A stretch of 64,000 nt of DNA from an uncultured cyanobacterium (lineage in GTDB: Bacteria; Cyanobacteriota; Cyanobacteriia; Cyanobacteriales; CAWCAG01): assembly GCA_963793425.1 (NCBI GenBank), contig CAWCAG010000005.1, positions 1,728,001 through 1,792,000 of the forward strand, read 5' to 3'. The position numbers were made by a program, and so were the translations under genes. Shown one piece after another: positions 50,566 through 61,978 of this stretch. The notes below the pieces were generated by a model. It saw only the letters and a program-made list of their open reading frames with translations, was not told the DNA's origin and made no database searches. How positions within the stretch are numbered: the first letter of the stretch is position 1; the number at the start of each line of letters is the position of its first letter.

Positions 50566-53447
50566 GCTTCCATCCAATTTTTTCCTGAATTAATTTCCAC
50601 TAATAAAGGAACACTCAACTCTACAGCATTTTCCATGGTTGTTTTAATTTGATTCTGTAAATCTGGCCACTCTTCTGGAGGAATTTCTAAGATAAGTTCA
50701 TCATGAACTTGAAGTAATAACTTAGCTTGATAATTTGCGAGGATTTTCTGCAATTTTATCATAGCGATTTTAATGATGTCGGCACTGGAACCTTGTATAG
50801 GAGAATTAGCTGCTGCCCTTAATAATTGTGCATCATATTGACCAACATTTTTAACTTTGTTGAGATCAATATCTTGAGGATCACTACCTTTTAGTTTCCG
50901 GAGGCGATCGCTTGTAAAATTAAAGTAGCGGCGGCGGTTAAAAATGGTGGTAACAAAACCCTGGGCGATGGCTTCTTTTTTCTTGTTTTCTAAATAGTCG
51001 AAAATCAGGGCATAACGCTCTTTATAGCGTTCAATGAAATCTTTACCTACCTGAGAAGTTAATCCTGATTCTCTTGCAAAACGTTGCGCCCCCATGCCAT
51101 AAATAACCCCAAAGTTAATGATTTTTCCTAAGCGTCTTTCTTCTGGGGTTATTGCTTCTTTTTCAAAGATAATTTGTGCCGTGACTGTATGGACATCTTT
51201 TTGTTCTTGATAAGCGGCAACTAAAGTTGGTTCCTGACTAAGATGGGCCAGAATTCTTAACTCAATTTGTGAATAATCTGCCGCTACAAGTAACCAACCT
51301 TCTTTGGGAATGAAAGCTTGACGAATTTGTCGAGAAAAAGCGGTGCGAATGGGAATATTTTGTAAGTTAGGATGAGAAGAAGAAAGTCTTCCAGTGGTGG
51401 TAACGGTTTGATTAAAGTTGGTATGCACTCTATTTGTATCGGGGCGAATTAAAGCAGGTAAAGCATCTACATAGGTGGATTTTAATTTAGCTAAACTACG
51501 CTGTTCTAAAATGAGATCAATTAATTCATGATCTCCTTGTAATTTTTCTAATACGGCATGGTTAGTAGAATAGCCGGTTTTGGTTTTGCGAGTTTTCCTG
51601 GTATCTAAATTCAACTTTTCAAAAAGAACTTCACTCAACTGTTTAGGAGAAGCTAAATTAAACTCTTCTCCTGCTGCTCGATAAGCTTGTTGTTCAATTC
51701 TTTGTAAATCTTGCTCTAATTGTTGAGAGAACTTTTCTAAATACTCTTTGTCAATTCTTATCCCCACATATTCCATCTCTGCTAATACGGGTTCGAGGGG
51801 TTGTTCTATGGTTGTCAATAATTCTGCTAAAACTGGTTTATTGGCTAATTTTGCTTCTAATTCTGGTTTCAAACAAAAGGTACTATAAGCATCTAAACCA
51901 CAGTATTCTGCAACAAGAGGAATATCTAAATCAGCGATGGTTTTTCCTTTAGGAAGGTCTAAGTCTTCATAACTTTTGGCTTCAATCCCTGATAAGTATT
52001 TGAGGGCTAAATCTCCTAGTTTATGGGAAGCGTTAGGGTCTAAAATATAACTTGCCAACATAGTATCAAAGATAACCCCTTTTAGCTCAATTCCTTGGGC
52101 TTTGAATACTAAGCGGTCAAATTTAGCATTTTGCAAAACTTTAGGATAGTCTGTACTTTCTAGTACGGGTTGCAAAGCATCTAAAACTTCTTTTTTGGGT
52201 AAATTAGTACCGGAATTATGAGCTGTAGGGATATAAGCAACTTCTGTTAATTCCTGGCCCCAACAACAACCAATTCCTACCAATTCAGCATCCCTTGGTT
52301 CTAAGGCTGTGGTTTCGGTATCCCAAGCAACGGATATTTTTTGATAGGTTTTAAGTTGTTCAACTAAAGCAGTTAATTTCTCGGTGGTATCAATAACTTG
52401 CGGTTGTATTTGTAGTTGATTGACTTGCTGTTTTTTCTCTGTATCTTCAGCACTAAAAAACCATAGTTCTTCATCTTCAATAACTTCTACAGTTTCTTCT
52501 GCATTTTCTAATAAAGAATCACCACCGAACTTATCCTGTAACTTGCTAATATCTTTAACAAACTTCTTCAACTCCAACTCTTCTAATAAAGCTTGTAACC
52601 TAGGAGTATCAAAACCTGTCAACTGAAACTCCTTTGCTTGCAACTCTACTCCAGGAACCTCATAAACTAACTGAGCCATATACTGAGAATGGTAAGCAAT
52701 TTCTTTCCCCTCAGCCAACCTTTTCTTCTGTACCCCTTTAAGCTTGTCCAAATTCTCATAAACCCCTGCCAAAGTTTCATACTCTCGCAATAACTTAACA
52801 GCCGTTTTATCTCCTATGCCCCTAATACCAGGAATGTTATCAGATTTATCTCCCGACAAAGCTTTATAATCAACCACCTGAGAAGGTTTAATGCCCATCT
52901 TCTCTTCTACTTCCTCTTCCCCAAACTCAATGATGCCAGAAGCACTTTTCATGGCACGAGGATCTAAATAAAGAACAGAAACATCTTTTTGATTATCAAC
53001 TAACTGAAATAAATCGCGATCGCCACTAACAATTTTCACCTGATAACCTAAATCACTTCCTTGTTTAGCTAAAGCAGCAATTACATCATCTGCTTCATAA
53101 CCAGGAGTAAAAACAATGGGTAAATTCAAAGCCGAAATTAACTCCTGGAGATTTCCTAAATCGATGCTAAAATCCTCCGGAGTTTCCTTACGATCTGCTT
53201 TATAAGTGGCATCTTTTTCATGGCGAAAAGTCTTTCCTCCCAAATCAAAAGCTACCGCTACTAACTGAGGTTGTTGAGTATCCATAACATGAAGAAGAGA
53301 GTTAAGGAAACCGAAACAAACACTAGTAGGAATACCGCTTGAGGTATATAAGCCTCCGCTACGACTTTTTGCAAAGGCATAATAGGCACGAAAAGCTAAG
53401 GAATGGCCATCAATTAATAGTAGTTTTTTAGGCGTTGAATCCGGCAT
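50559..53447 (-). CDS. polA: DNA polymerase I
   Basis: LIDGHSL 5'-exonuclease, DTETT 3'-exonuclease, DYSQIELR, NFGVIYG and QVHDEL motifs. Confidence 0.98.
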   Translation of the reverse strand: MPDSTPKKLLLIDGHSLAFRAYYAFAKSRSGGLYTSSGIPTSVCFGFLNSLLHVMDTQQPQLVAVAFDLGGKTFRHEKDATYKADRKETPEDFSIDLGNLQELISALNLPIVFTPGYEADDVIAALAKQGSDLGYQVKIVSGDRDLFQLVDNQKDVSVLYLDPRAMKSASGIIEFGEEEVEEKMGIKPSQVVDYKALSGDKSDNIPGIRGIGDKTAVKLLREYETLAGVYENLDKLKGVQKKRLAEGKEIAYHSQYMAQLVYEVPGVELQAKEFQLTGFDTPRLQALLEELELKKFVKDISKLQDKFGGDSLLENAEETVEVIEDEELWFFSAEDTEKKQQVNQLQIQPQVIDTTEKLTALVEQLKTYQKISVAWDTETTALEPRDAELVGIGCCWGQELTEVAYIPTAHNSGTNLPKKEVLDALQPVLESTDYPKVLQNAKFDRLVFKAQGIELKGVIFDTMLASYILDPNASHKLGDLALKYLSGIEAKSYEDLDLPKGKTIADLDIPLVAEYCGLDAYSTFCLKPELEAKLANKPVLAELLTTIEQPLEPVLAEMEYVGIRIDKEYLEKFSQQLEQDLQRIEQQAYRAAGEEFNLASPKQLSEVLFEKLNLDTRKTRKTKTGYSTNHAVLEKLQGDHELIDLILEQRSLAKLKSTYVDALPALIRPDTNRVHTNFNQTVTTTGRLSSSHPNLQNIPIRTAFSRQIRQAFIPKEGWLLVAADYSQIELRILAHLSQEPTLVAAYQEQKDVHTVTAQIIFEKEAITPEERRLGKIINFGVIYGMGAQRFARESGLTSQVGKDFIERYKERYALIFDYLENKKKEAIAQGFVTTIFNRRRYFNFTSDRLRKLKGSDPQDIDLNKVKNVGQYDAQLLRAAANSPIQGSSADIIKIAMIKLQKILANYQAKLLLQVHDELILEIPPEEWPDLQNQIKTTMENAVELSVPLLVEINSGKNWMEAK

Positions 53448-53597
53448 ATTTTTTTATTACTAATTTTTTAAATCAAACACCACATTATACGTAGCTAGAA
53501 CATATTTTAAACCTAAAGAAAAACAGACATTCTCCAAAATGTTCTTAGGCAAGGCTGCTTAAGCATCTACTCAATCTTCCCGGAGAAATTATAAATT

Positions 53598-53858
53598 ATG
53601 AAAGCTAACTGTTTTTCTAAGTCTATAGCTACGGCGATCGCAACTGGTTGGCTTTTATCTGGCATTGTACCTATTAATGTTAATCCTGATTCTCTGTTCA
53701 ACGCTTCAACCTCTAGGGTGAACAAAAGCCTTAGAGTCAATGTCACAAGTCTTGTTCCTTCAGCAAGTCAGCTATTAGTTAAATATCAAAAAGCGAGTAA
53801 ACCTCGTTTTGCTTCTCAGATTATGGTTTTCAACCAACAAGAAATTATTTCTAAATGA
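53598..53858 (+). CDS. Small hypothetical protein, possibly secreted
   Basis: 86 aa with a signal-like N-terminus. Confidence 0.35.
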   Translation: MKANCFSKSIATAIATGWLLSGIVPINVNPDSLFNASTSRVNKSLRVNVTSLVPSASQLLVKYQKASKPRFASQIMVFNQQEIISK

Positions 53859-53919
53859 TTTTGCTTTAATTTTGAGGCTGCTGTAAACAAATCAATTAAC
53901 TAAACAGTTGCTAAAGAGA

Positions 53920-53987
53920 TGGTTTTTAAAAACTGCTTCCATGGGCGCACCTTTTCCACCATATACATAATATCATGTCAAGGAAGA
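53920..53987 (+). repeat. Dispersed repeat, copy 3
   Basis: 43-bp identity to 21465-21507; shares a GTTTTTAAAAACT extension with copy 2. Confidence 0.85.
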
Positions 53988-54032
53988 CTTTGCTTCATGC
54001 TCAATACTAATTAATTCATTCAAAACAATTCG

Positions 54033-57000
54033 ATGAAATGGAAATTTTTCGCTGATCGCGGTGGTACATTTACTGACTTAGTTGCGATCACCCCCGACTC
54101 TCAGGTAATCATTCACAAACTACTTTCAGAAAATCCTGAACGCTATGACGATGCAGTTATTCAAGGCATTCGGGATCTCCTTAACCTTCCTGGAGATGTA
54201 CCTATCCCCTCAGAAAAAATTGAAGTGGTGAAAATGGGAACAACCGTTGCTACCAATGCCTTATTAGAAAGAAAAGGTGATCCCACTTTATTACTTATAA
54301 CTGAAGGGTTTAAAGATGCGTTGCGGATTGCTTATCAAAATCGCCCTGATATTTTCGCCCAGCAAATCATCCTACCAGAAATGCTTTACCAACAGGTAAT
54401 TGAAGTTAAAGAACGTTATAGCGCCAAGGGAGAAGAGTTGCAACCTCTCGACACAACAGAGTTACTTCCTGCATTAGAAGCTGCCTATAATAATGGCATC
54501 CGCAGTTGTGCTATTGTTCTTTTACATAGCTATCGCTATCCTCTCCATGAACAGCAACTAGCAGCCTTGGTGCAAGAAATCGGCTTTACGCAAATTTCTG
54601 TTTCTCACCAAGTAAGTCCTTTAATGAAATTAGTCAGTCGTGGAGACACAACGGTTGTCGATGCTTACCTCTCCCCAATTTTACGCCGCTATGTCAACCA
54701 AGTTAGCAGTAGCTTAGGGCAAGCAGCCACAGATTCACCTCAATTAATGTTCATGCAATCCAACGGCGGCTTAATAGCAGCTAACCAGTTTCAAGGTAAA
54801 GATAGCATTTTATCTGGTCCCGCAGGGGGCATTGTGGGAGCGGTACAAACTAGTAAACTAGCTGGCTTCAACAAGATTATCACCTTTGATATGGGAGGAA
54901 CCTCTACCGATGTTGCTCATTATCAGGGAGAATATGAAAGGCAAGGAGAAACAGAGATTGCAGGGGTAAAATTGCGGACTCCCATGCTGGCAATTCATAC
55001 TGTGGCGGCGGGGGGGAGTTCCTTAGTTAAGTTTGACGGTTTCCGCTATCGAGTCGGGCCAGAGTCTGCTGGTGCAAATCCTGGCCCCGCTTGCTATCGT
55101 CGCGGCGGTGCTTTAGCAATTACTGATTGTAATGTTTTATTGGGGAAAATTCAACCCCAGTTTTTCCCCCAAGTATTTGGTATTGAAGGTAATTTACCCT
55201 TAGATCAAGAGATTGTCCAACAGCAGTTTATAGCATTAGCTACCAAGATTAAAGATGCTACAGGAAATAAACCAACCCCAGAAGAAATAGCCTCCGGTTT
55301 CATTACCATTGCCGTAGAAAATATGGCCAATGCCATCAAAAAAATCTCCTTACAACGGGGTTACGACGTTTCTAGCTACACCCTTTGTTGTTTCGGTGGT
55401 GCAGGGGGACAACACGCTTGTCTAATCGCTGATACCTTGGGCATCAAGCAAGTATTTATTCATCCCTATGCTGGGGTCTTATCTGCCTATGGTATGGGTT
55501 TGGCAGATGTGAGGGTGATCAAGGAAAAAGCAGTAGAGGAACAGTTGCAAATAGAGTTAAATTTAGAAGAGATATTTACAGAATTAACCGCCGTAGCAAG
55601 AGCAGAAATCAACACCCCTGGAACTATTCTGCGCCGAGTAAAGCTAAAATATCAAGGTACAGACTCCACCTTGCAAATCCCTTATGCCCCCACCGTCAAA
55701 GCAATGGCAGAAGAATTCGCCTCACAACATCAACAACGTTACGGTTTTGTACAAACGGAAAAAGCTTTGATTGTGGAATCTGTGGCAGTGGAAGCAATAC
55801 AACAAATGGAAACACTGGAAGAAGCCACCATTCCTCAAAATTCCCGTAATTCTCCTCAGCCAATTGCCACAGTGCAAATGTACACAACTGGGCAATGGCA
55901 TTCTACCCCTGTGTTTAAGCGAGATGACTTGCAACGAGGAGATTGTATTGCTGGCCCAGCCATGATCATTGAAGGAACAGGAACCAACATCATTGAACTA
56001 GGTTGGCAAGCAGAATTAAATGAGTGCAACCACTTTATTTTAAAATCTTTAGAGCAAAATTTATCTCCTACTGTTCAATCCAAAGAATATGACCCGGTTA
56101 AGTTAGAAATATTCAACAATCTCTTCCGGGCGATCGCAGAACAAATGGGGGTCACGTTGCAAAACACAGCCTCTTCAGTTAACATCAAAGAACGCCTCGA
56201 CTTTTCCTGTGCCATCTTCAATCAACAAGGACAATTAATAGCCAATGCCCCCCATATACCTGTACATTTGGGTTCTATGGGGGAAAGTGTAACCGCCTTA
56301 ATTAGCGATGCCCAGATAGATTTGCAACCAGGGGATGTTTATATGCTGAACAATCCCTACAACGGTGGCACTCATTTACCTGACATCACCGTCATCACCC
56401 CTGTATTTGCTCAAAACAACCAGGAAATCATCTTCTACGTTGCTTCCCGTGGACATCAAGCCGACATTGGTGGTATAACCCCCGGTTCCATGCCTCCCCA
56501 CAGCACAACTGTCACCGAAGAAGGTATCCTCATCAATAACTTCCCCTTAGTTACTGCCGGAAAATTCAGGGAACAAGAAGTACTGCAACTCCTCACCTCT
56601 GGTAAATATCCTAGCCGCAACCCCCACCAAAACATCGCTGATCTACAAGCCCAAATTGCCGCTAATGAAAAAGGAGTGCAGGAACTGCAAAAAATGGTAG
56701 CCAACTTCGGTTTAGAAGTAGTTCAAGCTTATATGGGTTATGTTCAAGATAATGCAGAAGAATCAGTACGTTGTGCCATTGAAGTACTTAATCATGGGGA
56801 GTTTGCTTACCCAATGGATAATGGCAGTGAAATCAAAGTCACCATCACCATCAACAAAGTTAACCGGAGTGCCAAAATAGATTTCACTGGTACATCACCA
56901 CAACTCCATAGCAATTTCAACGCCCCCCAAGCAGTTTGCAAAGCGGCTGTACTTTACGTCTTCCGTACCTTAGTTAAAGATGATATTCCTCTCAACGCAG

Positions 57001-57620
57001 GTTGCCTCAACCCCCTAGAAATAGTTATCCCTGAAGGATGCCTTCTCAATCCTCGCTATCCGGCTGCTGTAGTGGCAGGTAACGTAGAAACATCCCAATG
57101 TATTGTTGATACTTTATACGGTGCATTAGGAATCATGGCAGCCTCCCAGGGGACAATGAACAACTTCACCTTCGGCAACGCTAAATATCAATATTACGAA
57201 ACTATTTGTGGCGGTTCCGGTGCAGGAAGAGACTTTCCTGGCACAGATGCGGTACATACCCACATGACCAACTCTCGCTTAACTGATCCAGAAGTGCTAG
57301 AATGGCGTTTTCCTATCCAGTTAGAAAGTTTCGCCATTCGCCAAGGAAGTGGCGGTCCAGGAAAATATCCCGGCGGCAATGGTATAATCAGACGCATCTG
57401 TTTCTTAGAACCTATGACAGCAGGCATTCTCTCTGGACATAGAATAGTACCCCCTTTTGGTATAGCTGGAGGGCAACCTGGCGCTTTAGGTAAAAATTGG
57501 TTACAACGGCAAGATGGGACTGTAGAGGAATTAAACAGTACAGCTACAGTAGAGATGTCTGTGGGAAATACCTTTGTGATTGAAACCCCTGGTGGAGGAG
57601 GGTTTGGTTCTCATACTTAA
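54033..57620 (+). CDS. Fused ATP-dependent 5-oxoprolinase/hydantoinase A-B
   Basis: [42 protein letters not shown] and ETPGGGG motifs. Confidence 0.93.
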   Translation: MKWKFFADRGGTFTDLVAITPDSQVIIHKLLSENPERYDDAVIQGIRDLLNLPGDVPIPSEKIEVVKMGTTVATNALLERKGDPTLLLITEGFKDALRIAYQNRPDIFAQQIILPEMLYQQVIEVKERYSAKGEELQPLDTTELLPALEAAYNNGIRSCAIVLLHSYRYPLHEQQLAALVQEIGFTQISVSHQVSPLMKLVSRGDTTVVDAYLSPILRRYVNQVSSSLGQAATDSPQLMFMQSNGGLIAANQFQGKDSILSGPAGGIVGAVQTSKLAGFNKIITFDMGGTSTDVAHYQGEYERQGETEIAGVKLRTPMLAIHTVAAGGSSLVKFDGFRYRVGPESAGANPGPACYRRGGALAITDCNVLLGKIQPQFFPQVFGIEGNLPLDQEIVQQQFIALATKIKDATGNKPTPEEIASGFITIAVENMANAIKKISLQRGYDVSSYTLCCFGGAGGQHACLIADTLGIKQVFIHPYAGVLSAYGMGLADVRVIKEKAVEEQLQIELNLEEIFTELTAVARAEINTPGTILRRVKLKYQGTDSTLQIPYAPTVKAMAEEFASQHQQRYGFVQTEKALIVESVAVEAIQQMETLEEATIPQNSRNSPQPIATVQMYTTGQWHSTPVFKRDDLQRGDCIAGPAMIIEGTGTNIIELGWQAELNECNHFILKSLEQNLSPTVQSKEYDPVKLEIFNNLFRAIAEQMGVTLQNTASSVNIKERLDFSCAIFNQQGQLIANAPHIPVHLGSMGESVTALISDAQIDLQPGDVYMLNNPYNGGTHLPDITVITPVFAQNNQEIIFYVASRGHQADIGGITPGSMPPHSTTVTEEGILINNFPLVTAGKFREQEVLQLLTSGKYPSRNPHQNIADLQAQIAANEKGVQELQKMVANFGLEVVQAYMGYVQDNAEESVRCAIEVLNHGEFAYPMDNGSEIKVTITINKVNRSAKIDFTGTSPQLHSNFNAPQAVCKAAVLYVFRTLVKDDIPLNAGCLNPLEIVIPEGCLLNPRYPAAVVAGNVETSQCIVDTLYGALGIMAASQGTMNNFTFGNAKYQYYETICGGSGAGRDFPGTDAVHTHMTNSRLTDPEVLEWRFPIQLESFAIRQGSGGPGKYPGGNGIIRRICFLEPMTAGILSGHRIVPPFGIAGGQPGALGKNWLQRQDGTVEELNSTATVEMSVGNTFVIETPGGGGFGSHT

Positions 57621-57737
57621 TCTTGTTGAGTTGCATGACTTGTTTGTTAAGGTAGGGAGTGGGGAGTAGGGAGTAGGGTTTGAGAACTCTATTCGGTCGA
57701 TTTTATCAGGATACTAAAGTACCTGGATTTACTATTA
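57612..57737. mobile_element. MITE-like element homologous to 25232-25360
   Basis: GCATGACTT..GGTAGGGAGT(n)GGTTTGAGAA..ATTCGGT.GATTTTATC..GATTT.CTATTA. Confidence 0.6.
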
Positions 57738-57816
57738 GCGAATAGCCCCAACTTTTTCTCAAACTACCTCAAAAAGTGCGATCGCATCAACAAATTTATC
57801 TTGTTTGTAAAACTCA

Positions 57817-59109
57817 ATGGTTAAAGACAGAAGCCTGGTTCCTAGTGAACAAGCTATGGAGTTGTTTAATCGCTATAGCGGCACTTTAAATATAGTAGTA
57901 ATTAGTCACTTAAACGGAGAAATTGACGAAGCAATTCTGAGGGAAAGTTTAGATTTACTTCAAGCTACTTATCCCCGCCTTAATTGGCATATTACGGGTT
58001 CTTTTCACAATTGGAAATTTACTGATGAAGGCACTAAGAAAATTTCTTTGCGTGTCGTAAATACAGACTCTTATAATTGTTGGCAAGAAGTAGTAACAGA
58101 AGAGTTGAATCAAAAAACTCTTAGTAATGAATGTTTACTACGTTATGTACTTTGGCAAAATCCTCAACAAACTTGTTTAATTGCTACAATTCATCACGGC
58201 ATAGCCGATGGTTTATCTGCGGTACAACTACAGGTAGAACTATTAACCTATTATCAAAAAATTGCTGCTGGAAAATCTCCTACTCCTCATCATAATTTAC
58301 CCCATCTTCCTGCAATAACTGATTTATTACCCAAAGTAATGCAAGGTTATAGAGGAATTGTAAGAAGCACTTTCTTTTTACTGAAAACAAAACTAAAGAT
58401 GTTGCGGTTTAAGCCAGAATGCCTTAAAAGCGAAATAAAAGTACCTCTAGAATCTCGCAGTTGTACCATGACTCAGAGATTTTTAGCAGCAGAAGTAACT
58501 GAGAAATTAATTAGCTTAAGTAAACAAAACAAGACGACAATACAGGGAGTGTTGTGTGCAGCAATCTCCATTGCTGTAGCTAATCAAATTAGAGATGGAA
58601 AAATGAGAAATATTAATGTTTCTTGCAGTTCCTATGTGGATTTGCGCCGAAGGGCAGAACCCACAATCACCTTAAAAGCAATGGGAATTTTTGTATCTTT
58701 TATCAATACTTTCCATACCCTAACGCCACAAAAATCCTTTTGGGAATTAGCCCAAGAAGTAAGTAGAGAAATCCAGCTAGGTTTAAGTAAGCAAGATCAT
58801 TTCAAGCCTCTAAGGTTAATGAGACAAGTTGCTGCTTATTATTTAGCTAATCCTGATCAGCTTTCTCTAACAACTTCTGTGACTAACTTAGGCAAGTTGA
58901 ATATACCAACAGAATATGGAGATTTAGAGTTAAAAGAAATTAGTTTTCTTCCCTCTAATGTTGTTTTTGGCAGAACTTTAACTGTGGCAGTAACAACCTT
59001 TAAAGGTAAGATGATTCTTAATTTTCTAGTTTCTCAACCTTCAGTTAGTAAAGAGACAATGGAAAAGTTAGCGGATCAAGTTATTCAACATTTGTCATTA
59101 AAACATTGA
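57817..59109 (+). CDS. Stand-alone condensation-domain / PapA5-like acyltransferase
   Basis: HHGIADG (HHxxxDG), VDLRRR, FWELA and TNLG motifs. Confidence 0.8.
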   Translation: MVKDRSLVPSEQAMELFNRYSGTLNIVVISHLNGEIDEAILRESLDLLQATYPRLNWHITGSFHNWKFTDEGTKKISLRVVNTDSYNCWQEVVTEELNQKTLSNECLLRYVLWQNPQQTCLIATIHHGIADGLSAVQLQVELLTYYQKIAAGKSPTPHHNLPHLPAITDLLPKVMQGYRGIVRSTFFLLKTKLKMLRFKPECLKSEIKVPLESRSCTMTQRFLAAEVTEKLISLSKQNKTTIQGVLCAAISIAVANQIRDGKMRNINVSCSSYVDLRRRAEPTITLKAMGIFVSFINTFHTLTPQKSFWELAQEVSREIQLGLSKQDHFKPLRLMRQVAAYYLANPDQLSLTTSVTNLGKLNIPTEYGDLELKEISFLPSNVVFGRTLTVAVTTFKGKMILNFLVSQPSVSKETMEKLADQVIQHLSLKH

Positions 59110-59271
59110 ACATTAAACATTTATCATTTATCATTAAACATAGCCTTTCTTCGACTCATATGCACAATTTTGTATTCCTGTATTTCCACACTTCAACTAG
59201 CCACTAGCCGTTAGCAAAAGCGCAAAAACCAGAATCTAGGCTGTACCTTACTAGACTGTTGTTTTGCTGTA

Positions 59272-61521
59272 TTAATCTTTAACTCTTTGTACCGCAGCTT
59301 CTGCATTTACCAATCCGCTACCGAAGAAATACTGTTTAGCTGATTCTTGATTAGCCATTAGATCAGCTTTATAAAGAGCAATTTCCTCTTCCCTTAAACT
59401 CAATCCTTGGTAACTAGAGGTTTGTTGAAGAATTTCTACTATTTGTTCTCGGTTGAGACTTTGCGAAACATCTTCCCCCTTCATTAAAGCTATAACTCCA
59501 GCTACAGCAGGAGTTGCGAAAGAAGTTCCTAAACTCCAACGATATTTTCCTCTCGTATCAAAATTCGGTCCCCAATTCCCTGGATTATCAATACCAGTCC
59601 AAAAAGCATTTAACCAGGTTCCCCCAGTGGTAAGAATGCGGCCTAAGTTACGGGGGGCTGTGTTATCTCCTCCGGGGGCAACAACAGTTATGGTTTGGGC
59701 TAAATTCTCGTTTTCACCATAATTGCTATAGGAAGCACGATAGCCATTGAGATTCGTTGCACCAACGGCAACCACTCCTGGCACTCCAGCCGGAAAAATG
59801 ATATTGCCTTGGTTTTGATTTCCCGCAGCAGCAACAATAACTAATTGAGGATCAGCTTCTAGAAGTTCCGATATCAGTTCAACCTCCCCTTGGGAAGGCA
59901 TTTGAGAGCCAAGACTGAGGTTGATAATATCAACTTTCCTCGCCCCTGCATAAGCTAAAGCTTCTAAGTAAGCAGCATTAGAAAAACTGCCGTTCATCCC
60001 AATAACTCGTATAGGTAAAATTTGAGCTTGGGGGGCGACTCCAGTTACTCCAGCTTCTTCTTGGGGTTTGGCAGCGACAACCCCGGAAACCATAGTACCG
60101 TGGAACTCTGCGGCTACTTGATTACGGATGCGAAAACGAGCAGTGTTAGCAATTTGCGCTTCTTTGTATTTTGGGTATTGTCCGGCAATTTCGGTAAATA
60201 GTTGAGAATGTTGTTGGCGCAACTCCCCATCAGAGAGGGTAAACGCTTGACGAAATTGAGTACTAATGATTTGCAATTCTGCTGGGCTAACTCCTGTATC
60301 AGGATCATTTTCGACAAAATCCCAACCTTGCACTTCACCAGGTAAGCGATCGCTAACATTGCTAACTTTGTGGATGTTATTAATCAAGTCGGGATGTTCC
60401 CATTGAATTAAGCTATCAATTACAGCAACGGTTACCCCTTCACCACGATTACTTTGCTGCCAAGCTTCTGTCGCCCTAATATCAATGCGAGGGGAATTAA
60501 CATTTTCTTGAACCCCCATACTCTGTAAACATTTATCTAAATAACCTTCTAAACCTTCAAGATTATTAGGACGCTTCTTTAAACAACTAGTGAGGGAAGT
60601 ACTATTAAGATGCCAGTGCATAGCTAATAACTTGTTTTTTTTATCTCTATTAGCTTTGCTAAAATCAGGCTCTTCTTTTACATACTGGCTAGTAAGAGTT
60701 TGAATAAAATTAGGGTTAGCAGATTCTATATTAGGGACTTGATTAAGTTGGTTAGCAACTTGTAAAACTTCAGTACCCGAAGCTATAGTAGAACTCACCA
60801 AATAACGATTAGAGCTAAAACGTAGAGGACGAATTATTTGTAGATTATTTTCTTTAAGAATAGTTTGTTTCTCACTTTCAGATAGCCCAGAAGCAAAGTT
60901 AATTGTGATTTCGTTTGGTAAAATAATAACTTCCTTTTCCAAAGAAGTTTTTTCAGAGCGAGTCAATACTGGTAAAGTAGTTTCTACGTAATCTTTTTCT
61001 TCAATATTGCGCCTAACTGCTTTAGAAGTTTCGGTTGCGGCAGCAGAAAAACTTACCAAAGCATAATTTTCTCCTAATGACTTAACTTCTAAATTCAAAG
61101 GAGAATTGTTTTGAGCAGCACCAACCCCACTACGAGTAACTCCTCCTAAATCTTCTGCTTCTACATCTGCATCTTCTAAAACATCTTCTGGTGAATTTGG
61201 TGCTAAAACTCCTTCTTGCAAATCCTGTTGCAATTGCAGATGTAGAGGCAGATTAGAATTTTCTTGCTTCCTTTGCCCACTTATTTCTCCCCGGCTTGCC
61301 CCCCTTGTTGCCCCTACCAAACTTCTTTGCGGTTTAAAAGCAACAGCAAGTGCGTCAGAACGTAGATTCAAACTAATTTTTTGGTCAAAAAAGTTATAAT
61401 ATAGCTCATCTTCAGTAACTATTTGAGCTTTAGTAGGAGAAGTCAAGATGATTTCTGAAGCGCTGGTTGATAGTAAAAAATACCCCGCTAACAGAATTCG
61501 AGAGAAGACTGGGCTTTTCAT
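59272..61521 (-). CDS. Secreted S8 subtilisin-family peptidase
   Basis: Signal peptide; catalytic triad VAVIDS / FHGT / GTSFATP; AAAGN. Confidence 0.9.
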   Translation of the reverse strand: MKSPVFSRILLAGYFLLSTSASEIILTSPTKAQIVTEDELYYNFFDQKISLNLRSDALAVAFKPQRSLVGATRGASRGEISGQRKQENSNLPLHLQLQQDLQEGVLAPNSPEDVLEDADVEAEDLGGVTRSGVGAAQNNSPLNLEVKSLGENYALVSFSAAATETSKAVRRNIEEKDYVETTLPVLTRSEKTSLEKEVIILPNEITINFASGLSESEKQTILKENNLQIIRPLRFSSNRYLVSSTIASGTEVLQVANQLNQVPNIESANPNFIQTLTSQYVKEEPDFSKANRDKKNKLLAMHWHLNSTSLTSCLKKRPNNLEGLEGYLDKCLQSMGVQENVNSPRIDIRATEAWQQSNRGEGVTVAVIDSLIQWEHPDLINNIHKVSNVSDRLPGEVQGWDFVENDPDTGVSPAELQIISTQFRQAFTLSDGELRQQHSQLFTEIAGQYPKYKEAQIANTARFRIRNQVAAEFHGTMVSGVVAAKPQEEAGVTGVAPQAQILPIRVIGMNGSFSNAAYLEALAYAGARKVDIINLSLGSQMPSQGEVELISELLEADPQLVIVAAAGNQNQGNIIFPAGVPGVVAVGATNLNGYRASYSNYGENENLAQTITVVAPGGDNTAPRNLGRILTTGGTWLNAFWTGIDNPGNWGPNFDTRGKYRWSLGTSFATPAVAGVIALMKGEDVSQSLNREQIVEILQQTSSYQGLSLREEEIALYKADLMANQESAKQYFFGSGLVNAEAAVQRVKD

Positions 61522-61837
61522 CTTAAGGAAGGCACATAGATTTGGTTACTATTCAGTTTAAGAGAGAATTAAGCTGCAATTTGCTTTCGTTACTTTTTTG
61601 TAACTCATACCGAATAGCGGTACTTAGACAAAAATCAAGCCCAAACAAAGCCCAAACTTTCTTTATGGCGAGCAAATACGTCGCTATTGTTGTTGAGCCA
61701 AGCCACGAAACGATAAGACATACCTGTCCTAAAAGTCAACAACCGCTTGTGCAAATGTCTCCAAAGGTTTGTTAGCCCAGCACCTTCTTAAACCCCCAGT
61801 TAGCTTGTGATAAACAATAAAAGTTTTTTTACTTAGA

Positions 61838-61978
61838 GTAGGGTGGGCAAAAAGATAATTAGGTTGTCTATCAAGCTTGTTTTGTAATGTTTGCCCACCA
61901 TTACCTAGTTAATCATTTGTGGGCAACAGCAAATAAATTTTTGATGCTCATTTAACTTGCTTATCTTGCCCACCCTAC
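61838..61978. repeat. GTAG-type REPIN-like element
   Basis: GTAGGGTGGGCAA...TTGCCCACC...GTGGGCAA...TTGCCCACCCTAC. Confidence 0.8.

Noticed and set aside
50319..50588. 89-aa YYLLPIT-repeat ORF
   Set aside because: Artefact of the heptamer tandem repeat.
59272..61521. Cyanobactin PatA/PatG protease cluster
   Set aside because: The protein has a signal peptide and prodomain, and no precursor peptide or cyclodehydratase gene is nearby.
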